Positions 1 through 11,299 of a DNA stretch of 64,000 nucleotides are shown here, one piece after another; position 1 is the stretch's first letter; each line of letters starts with the position of its first letter. Source of the stretch: Nymphaea colorata (lineage: Eukaryota); NCBI RefSeq assembly GCF_008831285.2, contig NC_045138.2, forward strand, positions 39,556,001-39,620,000, given 5' to 3'. Made by a program: the position numbers and the translations under genes. Below the pieces are notes generated by a model. That model did not search any database, was not told the origin of the DNA, and was given only the letters and a program-made list of their open reading frames with translations.

Positions 1-2308
1 AGCTTATGTTTTTTTGTCTTTGTTTTCATCTCAAACATCCATCTATTTTATATAAATGATTATAGTTACATGGTTGTGTGATTATGGATAACCAGAGTTA
101 TCATTCGTTCACTATATGGATATATGTATACGTAAGACATAAGTGTTCAGTTTCATTCATGTATGAGTTATGCTTCCGAGGATAGAACATGGGGGCAGGC
201 TGAATTTACATTCTTCCTCCTTGAGACCTCGATGCAGTCATGACCCAAATAGAAGAGTAAAAGTGCTGAGCTTCCCTCTTACTCACCAAGTAAAGTTGAT
301 TTTATAAGATTTAGTTTAATGAAACAGGAAAAAGTAGAAACCATCTTAAATTTATAACTCATTACTAAGTGGAATTAGACATGAAACAAAATTTGAGAGC
401 CTCAATCTCAATCTAGAGAACAGCTCGGTGGCTAATCCACAGCCATCTAATCTAAGCTCAGTTGGACCCATTATAAACCTTTCATGTTTTTGTGAGCCCC
501 CATATTTTGTGAGCGTGTCTGCTTTTTCTATCACCAACCAACAGAACCCCTCATCTTGTCATTGCATCTCGAATCTGGTGTTTAAATGTCTGCCTGGCTT
601 TTTCAAAAGAAGATTTGATTGATTTTAAGCAATTACGTACTCAAGCAGTAGTTTATAATTTAGACAACCTCTGCCAGCCACAAGTGAAAAACAAAAAGAA
701 ATAGAAGTTAGAAAATTGAACTCTTATTTTTCTTCAAATATTAAAGATGATATTTGATTATTTACTCATAACTTAAGCGGGTCGGGTTGAAATATAATAG
801 GACATGAAGCCAGACCAGACCCATTTGCGACGCCACATGAAAAGGTGGAGAGCGAGAAGCTATGGTTTTGAGATCATCAGCTTTCTTCTCTGTCTTCTTA
901 TTTACTTTAAAAAATAAAACTAAAGCATTCCCTAGTGAGCTATTGGCGTATATCTTGGTTTCCGGGCGGCAGATTCTCAAGGGATCAGCCTTTTGTGACC
1001 TTTTTTTTTTTTTTTCCGGGCTTTTTGTTGCCAATCTTTTTGTTTTTTCTCCCCGAAAGAACGATGCCGCGCTTCGCTTTTTAACTTTTTAATATCTTTG
1101 CGTCACAGAGTTTCCGCGTAAAGTGTGATTCTATTCTCTTGCCAAATTAAGACAAACTTCATTATTGATCCCATGTGTCAACCAGGTTCACCTTTTCTTC
1201 GAACTTGGTGCTGCTAAATCACGTTAAAATTTTGCTTCTAACATCAAACTCTGTTCACAAAAGCTCGTTAACGTTCGTGTTTAATTCTTCATTCAAGTTC
1301 CATGAGTATCTTCTTTTTAAGACTTGCTGATCAATGGATGGTAATGCCATTACTTTACCCTTTTCTTTTATATATATATAACCACTTGAAAGGCACCGTC
1401 AACCAAGTGGAAAGGAAGGAATATGGAGGGCATTCAATATTCTCCTTTCAGTAAATGATCCGTTGGTTCGAAAACGACCGGACCTGATAGAGAATGCCTG
1501 ATTTAGAGACTAAAAATAAAATATATCATCGAGTCCTGTAATTTATAAGCACAAACTTGGCAGCTAATATGTGTCCATTTCCAACGATCATTATGGACTA
1601 TGATTTCAAGAAAACCTCACTAAAAACCCGAGTTTAGTGCCAAAAACAAGTCTCTAACTTGATTTTTAGCTTAATCCAAACGGGTGCCAGCGTCTAGCCT
1701 TGAACCAACACGATCTTAGTGGACATCAATTTGCAAAAAATAGTGCAGATGTTTGTGCATCGACTTGTGGAACCCTTGGAGGGCCGTTTACGTGATATTT
1801 TAACATCGATAAAAAGAGACAGATCTATGAGATGTTTGCCATTTTGATAGATAGGATGATTACTCAGAAGTTTCAACAGCTTAAATTTTAATGGATTAAT
1901 TGGTTTAGTTTTTGATCCCTGGAAATGAACGATCCAATGCTACTGAACTGGTATTTTGAAGAAGAAGAAGAAGAAGCGTGATCATACTGCACTAACAAGT
2001 AGTAACTAACATTACTCTAAAGATTATTGCAAAGATGATATCAGAGAGACGCAGACACAGAAGAGACCAACACACAGAGAAGCACCTACATATTCACAGA
2101 AGCTAACGATAACCATACATTCAGCAATCATGGCAGACGCAGAACCATGATTTCACACCAACACAGAGGGGACCCTTCATATTAATGACACCACGAGACC
2201 ATCTTTCTCTCTCTAAGAAACACTACTCGGCCCGTAAACGGTCCAGTTTCTCTCTCTAGACACACTTACTCCAACCTACATCTCATGCAGTCTCCCGGGA
2301 CACGGTCT

Positions 2309-2572
2309 CTAGGCGCCGGAGGAGGGCCAGATGAAGGCGCCGATGGCGAACTTGCGCTTGTAGGCGGCGTCGCCGCTGATGGGCAGCCCGTACTCCGCCA
2401 GCAGGCAGTCGAGCTTCCACTCGGGCATCGTCTCGTAGTCCGCCCGGGTGAACCTCGGGTAGTGCAGCGGCATCTGGAAGTGGCGGCCGCAGTCCTTTCC
2501 TCGCTGCCCATCTGCCCGGAGGTGGCCGCTCGGCACCATCCGGCTGACGGCCTCCATGCTCGCAGCGTTCAT
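2309..2572 (-). CDS. Small conserved plant protein of unknown function, 87 aa, single exon (FQMPLHYPR...YxxMPEWKLDxLLxEYGL...KRxFAxGAFxW family; DUF7722-like from memory)
   Basis: GC-rich intact ORF with a recognisable land-plant motif. A GA-rich leader lies just upstream, with a TATA box about 80 bp before the ATG. Confidence 0.9.
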   Translation of the reverse strand: MNAASMEAVSRMVPSGHLRADGQRGKDCGRHFQMPLHYPRFTRADYETMPEWKLDCLLAEYGLPISGDAAYKRKFAIGAFIWPSSGA

Positions 2573-2647
2573 CTCTCTCTCTCTCCCTTGCCAAATCTGT
2601 GTCTTAGGAGCGTATGGGTTGAATGATTCTGTTGGCGCCTGGGGACA

Positions 2648-2660
2648 GGTATTTATAAGG
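2648..2660 (-). promoter_or_regulatory. TATA box (CCTTATAAATACC) of the 87-aa gene
   Basis: The + strand ggtatttataagg reads CCTTATAAATACC on the - strand, about 80 bp upstream of the ATG at 2572. Confidence 0.7.
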
Positions 2661-4510
2661 GCATCTGCGGATAGAGGCCGGCAGGAAAGTGCTCGAAACC
2701 GGCTGGGATTTTATCAAAATATCTGATATCTGGAATCTGTATATCTATAATATGTCTATAATAAGTTAGCTACATTTAGCGGGTGGTGGAAATTTGGTTG
2801 TGAGTTCGATTTTTATAGACATTGTTCTTGTAGAATAAAATGATATCTCTATAATATATTAACTCAATCATATTTGACATGGACATAGATTTGACCCTCA
2901 ATTAATACACAATGAAAAAATAGAGCACCAACATCATTTTTTTTCCCGATGACTTCAAGAAAACTTGATCGGCTCATAAGAAAGTGGAGCACAAAAACAT
3001 AATATTTTAAAACATTTCACTTCATAACCAAGAATCTAATCCACATGGCTAGACGGTTGGATTTAAAAAGCTAAAGATATCAAAGCTAAAGTTAAGCGTC
3101 GATCACAGGTGTGGCATCGTGGCTTCATAAATTGGATAACTCCAGTTTCAATCCCGCTTGAATGATTAGGAACGGTGATATGCTTGGGAGAGTGGAACTT
3201 TCTTTTAAGGACGGGTTTGAATGGCATGATAATCTCTATATTTTTCTCCATACAAAATCAAGAACAAACACGATTTTTTTTCTTATTTTTGCTACCCCTG
3301 CAACATTTTATGCTTCAAATAAGGGGAGACCTCTTGACTTTCATTCTTGTGGTATATATCTTTGGTCAATGTATAAGTTTCCATGTCCATTTTTATGGCT
3401 AAGAGAGAACATTTGGTAACAAAAACATTATGTTCATAGAATACATGAATAATTATGTTCGGTATCTAATTGTTTCAACGAGCGCTTGATTTGTCATATT
3501 ATTTTAGATTACATAACATTGCTCAAGAAAAACATAACATTTTAGATTACATATTCTAAAATCATGTATATGTTGTAAGAATACAATGTTCTTCTTATCA
3601 ACCGCCCTCTAAGGGTGTCCATGTGACAAGGTCCGACAATGGCGGGCTGGCTTGGTTTGTCTTCCAACTTACTGTAAGAGGGATTGAATGGTGAAAAGGA
3701 CCAGCTAAAATTTGTGTGAGATGGATGCCGTTGTCGTGGGGACACTCCCCAACTACCTCTCCTGGCGACGCGTCCCTCATTTGTGCTGATTTGTGAGATG
3801 AGAAATGCGCAACTCATCGCACTCAAATTTCCTGTGGAGAGGCGTATATATCCAGAGTACATTCACATTGAAAGCTGAATAAGACTGCTTTTATGGAGTT
3901 AAATTCCCAGGATAAGACTCTCTGCCTCTCTCACTCTCTTTCCACACATATATATATATATATATATATCTGTTTTATGGCCTTGGAAACCTGGTTTTGT
4001 AAAACTTGATTTTCTATCAACCGAACAAACTGAGAACTAATTTTTTCTTTAAGCAGCAAAGTATCTTCCAACAACAATACATATCTTTAAGAAATTATTC
4101 ATAAACTATGAAAATGTATGTCGTATGGCTGTGTGTCAGGATCCATGTGTTTCAGACGCTTGTCTCTGGTACTGTCATCAAAGGCATGTGACCAACCAAA
4201 GTCACTTGTTACTGCAACGTAGAGTAACGGTTCTTTATTTTGTTTTTAATATGCAAGCAGGGGTTAGGCAGATTATGACGCCACATGCGGACTCCTCGTG
4301 CTGAGCTCTTGGCATTTTCCAACTTCAGTTGTCTTGTTTCCTAAACCAACACTCTTAGTATTTCGCTCTCAAATCATGAGAATAGAACTTTAGAGTTTCG
4401 CCTCAAAGTACAAAACAATGTTCAATTCCTTTTGGTTTGTAATTCGAGAAAATTGCACTTTAGTCGAGAGATTTTGTTGCATGTGCCATAGCATAAAACC
4501 ACGGCCTCCA

Positions 4511-4813
4511 GGGCCTGTTTTGGTTTATGCAAGGAAATTGTTACTGTTCAATAAACCTGTCTTAAAAATTGAGGTAGAACTATGAATCTACCTCAATTTT
4601 TTGAACAGTTTTACTAGGAAATAACAATTTGTTATTGGCTCTAAACAATCTTATCGAGGCTGCTTGAGAATAATAATAGAATGTTACTGTCGTATGCATC
4701 TGCTATAAAAAGTGGGTAGATTTATGAAACACTTATTAAAGTGTCGAATGTAACCAATTTTCGAGTTAGATGCATGAAACAATATCATAATGTTACTGTT
4801 CCCAAACGAACCC
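4511..4813. mobile_element. Two adjacent Tourist/PIF-Harbinger-like MITEs (about 4511-4651 and 4656-4813)
   Basis: Ends resemble GGGCCTGTTT...AAACAATC and GAGGCTGCTTG...CAAACGAACCC. Both share subterminal TGTTACTGT motifs. A perfect 15-bp internal inverted repeat lies at 4564-4578/4587-4601. Confidence 0.55.
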
Positions 4814-7427
4814 ATAGGTAATATATATCTAGCTGCTCATTTGGTGTCAGGACAAAACCTGAGTACAAATTGTTACTATCTCATTTAATTCGGTGACATC
4901 TATAAGTTCCCCTCCATACTTTAATGGAGCCTAGGCAAGCACTAGACCATAGGTTTCCAAATTCAATTCTCTTTTCCCCAAAATTCCTGAAAAATTTTGG
5001 TTTTTCTAAAGTAATCACTCACTTGGTGTCCAAGGGGTTTGGTGGAGCTGGTTGAGCCACAAGGAGATATAAGGCTATTTACTGGCTTTGTTTTTATAGG
5101 TGTTAACTCTCTATATAAGCTTAAGCACGCAACTGCTCTAGGGCAGGTGCTTGTTAACAGCAAAGTCTCTCGGCCTGGGTGCGGTTTTTCTGGAAACCCA
5201 AATTAAAAAAAAAAAAGCAATTGGTATGTTTACCCAAAAAAAAAAACAAAAAAATTGCAATTTGACATCACTTTTCAAATCATGATATTGGCATTTCCAT
5301 GTCTTTAAAAAAAGACCATAGAATAGCAAGCTATGTTGCCCCATATTATTAGTTTGGCTAGCCCAACAACAAAGAATCTTTAACTTATTGTACAGACAAA
5401 AAAAGGAGGTGCACTTTCAGTGGCTTGCAATGCAAGCAAAGCCTAGCCTATGTATTGTTAGAAGGCTAAAATCCCAACTGTGAAAGTGTCAGCTTCATAA
5501 CTAAACTAGCAACCAAAATCAGGATTCTGACCAATTGAAATTCAGCTTGAATAGGCCAATTGAGATCCATTCAGTATCACTAGAATGATGAGTCTGGGAC
5601 TTGATTTAGGGTCTTCAACTTGATACTCAACAACATTTAATACAAGAGATGTTTGATTAAGAAGTACAGTGATCAAGAAAATGTTTGATGGGTTACTGAA
5701 AAATGCCCTAGAAAAGGATAACAATAAAAATGTATTACAGGCTAAATATTATCTGGTTATATGGAGGAATCATTTTTGAATTGATGGTTTTTGTTCCATA
5801 CATAGGCCAATTGTGGCAATTTATGGTCAAGAAACGCACTTTGTGAACATGTGGGGAGCAAAGGCCTTCTATATATATATCCTAGGCGTTGGGGATCATC
5901 TTATTCCATTTAGCAATCCTTTTTGCACTCATTTCTATAGAGCGCATCTAGAAATTCTTATCAGATATTCACATTAAATTGGCACGATCGGGGTAAAATG
6001 GTAGCCTCCACAAGTTTCATTTTCGCATTCTAGGAAACCAAATTCTCTCTGTTGCTTGTTTCAGTTTCCAACTACAACTTTTCAGGTTCATTCAGTAGTG
6101 TTTATGTGCTGATAAGCCTCAAAGTTTTTCGTCATATGATCTTAAACACTGAAGCGAAGAAGTAGAAGAAAAAGAATTGTTGATATAGAAGAGGATTTTT
6201 TAAGCTTGATGTCAGTTGATGAAGGTCACTGCAGGATCGTTTTAGCACCAATAGATTTAGTGGTTGAGAAATGAAAGAACAACCTGTTCTAATGGAGGTG
6301 GACAGAGGATTGTTTGAAGGTAACCGCCTGATGAAATGTGTGAGTGCCCATTAATTAGGAACTGGTGATGTAGTATGTATACACGTAAATAAAGGCAAAG
6401 GCACAGGTACATGTCAACGTATTATCCCTTTAATAAAGGGCGATACATCTATTGATGTGCCCCTGTCTGTGCATAGATGCAGTGCATGAGGATGAAGATG
6501 TTATGAGAAAGACCCTTTCCTTTGCAATTGGTGAGCAAGGTCCCCCTCTCTGTAGATGGCGATTGACCATCCTTGATAAATTATTGCTCTCTCAGTCTCT
6601 CTCTAGATTCTTCTCTATGTGGTGAAAGGATAGGAGCCGACGTAGCTCTTTCAGCAATAACTTAGTATCAGTCTCGATACTGGAAGCCCCTCTCTCTCTC
6701 TCTCTCTCTGAATTCTTCTGTAAGTGAAAGAAGAGTAGGAATCGAGACTGGGAGCTTCTCTTTAGTTTCTTCTCTATAGGAGAGTCGGAGCTGTGTTAGC
6801 ACTTTCAGCAATAATTTAGGATCAGTCCTGATGTTGGTAGCTTCTCTTTCTCTCTCCTCTCTCTCTCCCTCTCTATCTCTCAGAGTGCAGTGAGAAGGTT
6901 GAGGACGTAAAGCAGAGGGCAGAGGGCAAGACCAGTGTCGTTCCCAATGCCCTAGAGAGGAGGGAATCTCTCACAGTAGACATTAATTGCGCGTCTCTGT
7001 TACTAACGACTACTGCATCTTGACTTTGGCCGTCAGCTTTTGTATCTAGGCACAGTCCCAAAACCAGGCATGGTTTTCTGGAACTAGAAGTTTCATTGGG
7101 GATTCTTTGGTTCACAGGAAACGAGTTAATAACCAAGGGAAAAACCCATTTATTCTGAAACCTTGCATTTGCATCTCCTGATTTTAGTGAAATGAAATCG
7201 ATTATCTGGATTCTTGAGGTGCTTTATTCATCTTTTTCATCTGTTTATATATGGATGGGTTGATCTTGCCTTGCCTGCATGGTTTTCTTAAGCTGGGATG
7301 ATTCATATCTTTTGTATTTTATTTCTGAAAACCAACTAAACAAGATTTGTGAAATTGACTCTTGGGCTGTCGATCATACCAAAGTTTTTAACTAAAGAGC
7401 ATGAGGGTCATTCTTCTAGATTATATG

Positions 7428-7587
7428 GGAATGTTTGGCAACAACATTCTGTTACTGTCATAAGAACACGTCTTCAAAGATGGTGCAAATTCGCAAGACA
7501 CTATAACAAGTATTCTATGAATCTGTTTTATTTTTTTAGTAGATTCATAGGATCGTAACAATATGGAACTGTTGCTAAACAGCGTTT
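7428..7587. mobile_element. Tourist-like MITE of the same family as 4511-4813 and 29306-29639
   Basis: About 160 bp, GGAATGTTTGGCAACA...TGTTGCTAAACAGCG ends, with TGTTACTGT and ATGAATCT/AGATTCAT internal motifs shared with the other copies. Confidence 0.5.
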
Positions 7588-8349
7588 ATATAATCCACTT
7601 TTTTGCCTTTAGCCGAGGTTCCTATTACTTTCTTACTTCTAGAATCCAAAACCTCAACCTGGGTAAGGAGTTTGCCCGCTTAAATGCTGAAAACCAGGTA
7701 CCCCCTTCCATACTCTCAAAGTTACAAGCCTATGGAGTTAGAATCTTCAACAACTGAAAAAAGCTGACATTGAAAAGCAATCGCCTTGCACTACGCACAG
7801 TTTGTACTATACTTGTTCTTATCATGTGTATGACATTAATGAAAAATTGCAGAGTCCCTAGATTTTCTGAGGATGAGATCTATGGTTCAGGCACTTTGTT
7901 TTCCTCACCCTTTAGTTGAGTCACTAGATAGCAGGAGTTAGAATTCTTGATGTTCCAAGTATAAATGGATCTATAAACAGAACTCATATTTATATCCAAT
8001 CCCAAATCGCTATGAATTGGGTTCAAAATCACTCTAGTAACAAGAACAATAATAATAATAATATTTGGTATCAGCTCTTTCAGGCCAATAAAGGCTATCA
8101 GACAGACATCTGATCGCCATAATTAAGTTCAGTTGTCTATGACATCATATAGAACAGACACTTTTTAATAAATCACCCGAAAGCTACAACTATATGCAGA
8201 ATAAATATTAGATATCAAACCTTGGTGAACTTGAGGAGAGCAGCTCCTATCAGGAAGCAACTCAGACAACAGAATCACAGGGAAAATCTCTCAGAAAATC
8301 TTTAATACTGGGTGAATATATCTGGGGAGCCTTTACCATCATCCTCAGA

Positions 8350-9100
8350 TAAAGGGGAGCACAAATATTTATGACTTTGATTTTGTTCACTCATGGAAGC
8401 TTTCCTGACAGATTTGGTTCATTAATTTGAAGAGAGTTGGCCAATAAGATTTTGCAAGGTAGTAAGAATAAATTCAAGCTGTTAGCAAGTGGGATTGTGA
8501 TCTGCCAAACTAGGAGCTCGGGCTTGATAGGAAAGTAGGCCGTGTTGTTACACAAGGAGTAAAGATTCTTCCTTTCCCTTTGCCCTTTAAGGTTTAAAGC
8601 TGCATTGCCTCGAACAAAACTAGGACTGCTACCGGTGGCTGGTCTGACTAGAAACAACAAAGCCTTTGGAGTCCTAGGTCTCTACATAGTTGTCAAAGTA
8701 AGACAGTCCAGTTACTGCATAAGCCAAATGGGTTAGGTTGCTAGGTTGAATCCATCTACAAACTCTATTTTTCTCAGAGAGACTTTCAGGTGAGCGAGAG
8801 GTATTAATCCCACCACCCAAAATATGACCGAAGCCCCCCCCCCCATTCTCATTGCCTTCAGAATCCAGAGCTGCATCGGTATCAGCAATAACAACGGTGC
8901 ATCTTTTAACTTGGATGTCATGTCCTACCACCTTAAGACACATAAACATAGAGTCCACAAGAATCGAGCTAGAGACCTGCCTTTATACATGGCCCTAGCC
9001 CGACCAATTATGCCCCTACATAGTTGTCAAAGAAACTTGCTACCAAGACTATTGCTTAGGATTTGTGGAAAATGTTCATCATCACTGTTGTCAAATATGG
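8350..9100 (-). mobile_element. Possible highly decayed L1-type LINE fragment (ORF1 zinc knuckle followed by ORF2 endonuclease start)
   Basis: Degenerate motifs appear in the expected order on the - strand: FMCLKVVGHDIQVKRC (CCHC-like), KPELLVWQIT (like PDxxxLQET), and, in frame after one stop, KVINICAP (like VINIYAP). Each match is weak. Confidence 0.25.
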
Positions 9101-9608
9101 ACATTCATCTCGTATAAAAAACATAAAAACAAAACATCAAAAGGTGATATACATACAGATATAGATTTAGTGAACTCTAACTCTAGGATTCATCTATCTA
9201 ACCAGGGCCATCGGGCTGTTCTCTGTTTTGTTTCGTTTTTTTTTTTTGTCATGCAAGAAAGTTGCGGGAAAGAGGAGAGGCTGAAGGATTCCCCTTACTG
9301 CCACCCAACGCTGCCCCCTTCCCCTTGCCGGCACACACTTCCCATTAGGATGAAGATAGGAGGAATGTTTTCATAGCTTACACAGTAAAAGAAGGGATAT
9401 GCTTTTGTAAATTAAAAAAAAAACATGTGTTTTGTAGTTTTTTTTTTCATTTTTATCTTACCAAAACTTGTTTTTTTTTTAATGAACAATGAGTACTTTT
9501 GTCATAAATCATACTGGCGCATGAAATTTAGTGTATCGGTATCACACTCTCCAGGTTTGAGGCAAAAACAATAAAAATAAAAAACAAGGGCCCCTTTGAA
9601 ACGGGTAG

Positions 9609-9609
<1 letters not shown>

Positions 9610-9653
<44 letters not shown>

Positions 9654-9675
9654 CCTCTTATATATATATATATAT
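9610..9675. repeat. (CT)n followed by (TA)n microsatellite
   Basis: Directly visible. Confidence 0.95.
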
Positions 9676-10044
9676 GAGAGATGGAAAGAAACCATACTAA
9701 TTGGTCAAGAACAAAAGCCAGACACTTTAAATTATGATATTTAAAGTTTTTTTTTTTAAATCTAACCTTACCAATATGAGCTTATTAATGTAAAATATAT
9801 ATTAAGTTAATTATTTTTTAGGTTTTTATAGTATTTTTATAATAAGCAAAAATAAATGGCTCAAACAACATCAACATTTGATAATAGAAAAATCAACATT
9901 TTTTATAAAAACAACTTGATTCAAAGCATGTTTTATATTAAAATGGTTTTATAAATATATTATCATGTTTAAATTTTATTTGAAATACCTTTTTAATGAA
10001 AAATTAAAGGGTTTGATTTTTGTCTCCGACTTAAGTGTTTGGCT

Positions 10045-10090
<46 letters not shown>
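10045..10090. repeat. (TA)n(TG)n compound microsatellite
   Basis: Directly visible. Confidence 0.95.
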
Positions 10091-10092
<2 letters not shown>

Positions 10093-10207
10093 TGCTACCT
10101 CCACTACCTGCTCAGCTTCCAAAGCTCCCTGACTGATCATGTTTTATATATATGTGTACCTCTGCAGCTTGCGAAGCTCCTTTCGGAGACGGGTCTTGTT
10201 TCCTGAA

Positions 10208-10475
10208 TATTGGAGAAGAAAATCAGCAAACTGATTTTCAGGAATCAAGAAAATCTTTCCTATACATCAAACAGAAAGTAAAATTTCAGGAAAGAAATTA
10301 TAATCTTTCATTCTATTGTTGTAAATCACAAGATTGTGACCTTCCAATCCCAAAATTTGTGGGATCTGCACATACTGTAAACTTGTATAAATATCCCATC
10401 ATATATGAAATGATGCAACTCTTTTGGCTCATTCATCTTCCTCGTTTCTCTTTTTCTCTCACGCTTTTCTTCTCA
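10208..10475 (+). repeat. 5' LTR (268 bp; TATTGG...TCTCA)
   Basis: Aligns to 13951-14227 with about 10 substitutions and one 9-bp indel by manual count. Confidence 0.95.
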
Positions 10476-10487
10476 TGGTATCAGAGC
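10476..10487 (+). other. Primer-binding site TGGTATCAGAGC (tRNA-iMet)
   Basis: Canonical sequence directly abutting the 5' LTR end. Confidence 0.95.
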
Positions 10488-11299
10488 TAGGTTGTAGAAA
10501 GAAGAGTGAGAAGAGGTGGCCGTCGTTGATCTATCTAGCCGCTTGCACCAGAGAGTTGGGTGGAAGTTGTGCCTCAATCCTTTCTCTGGTTCTCTGTGCT
10601 GAGGCCTCAATCGTTTGTCGCGTCCCTTTAACCCACATCAGGGTTTGAAGGTCGGTTGGTTTCACCTTCCGATTGGTCTGTTCCTCCTTGATCAAGTCGG
10701 TGATCGTCAGCCCATTTTTCGACCAACCGTCAGCGGCTTGTACCAAGGGGGGACCTTGCTTTGTCCTCAACTCCTCGCTCTCCGCAAACAACCTAGTCGG
10801 GCGCTTCCTCCCGCAGCACGAGCTCCTGCAGGAGGGCGCTGAGTTCGCCGTAGATCTACATCTGTTGGTCGAGGTCATCCTCCTCGACCCCATCTCGCTC
10901 ATCGCCGTCTTCCTCTGGCTACTGGAGCAGAGTCTCTTCTTGGACTGTCGTCGCTGGTCGAGTGGGAGACCATTCACATCGTACTCTCCAGCAGCCTATG
11001 CCACTCTAGAATCGGGAGGTCTCGGGCAGTCTCTGTCCCCTCTTGCCCAAACCTCAAGTTTCGTGAGGATCAGCGTTTTTCGTCCCTTCTCGATCAGATC
11101 TTCGTTTCTACTTGGGAGGGAAACCTGTTGCTGGCCTTCTGAAGCAGAAAGGGCTCCTGCGAAGATACCATCACTCCCTTTTCTGCCCCCTTATGTTATT
11201 GCCAACGGTCCTTGCAGAAAGGGATTTCTATAAGTCGGATTCAGATCTGCAGCTCTATGTCCTGTACTATTTTTTTTTTGTGGGCATTCGATTTTTTTT

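Noticed and set aside
2266..2626. Overlapping ORFs 2266-2511, 2283-2594 and 2285-2626
   Set aside because: They are alternative-frame or antisense shadows of the GC-rich 87-aa gene and carry no motifs.
6294..6306. GGAGGTGGACAGA, complementary to the 3' part of miR394
   Set aside because: The match does not extend to the miRNA 5' region, there is no precursor hairpin, and it is not in a recognisable transcript.
8066..8074. TGGTATCAG resembling a tRNA-iMet primer-binding site of an LTR element or caulimovirid
   Set aside because: Only 9 nt match, there is no adjacent LTR end, and no viral or gag ORF follows.
10152..10490. Similar ORFs at 10152-10490 and 13940-14341 that look like duplicated genes
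   Set aside because: They are incidental translations of the two LTRs.
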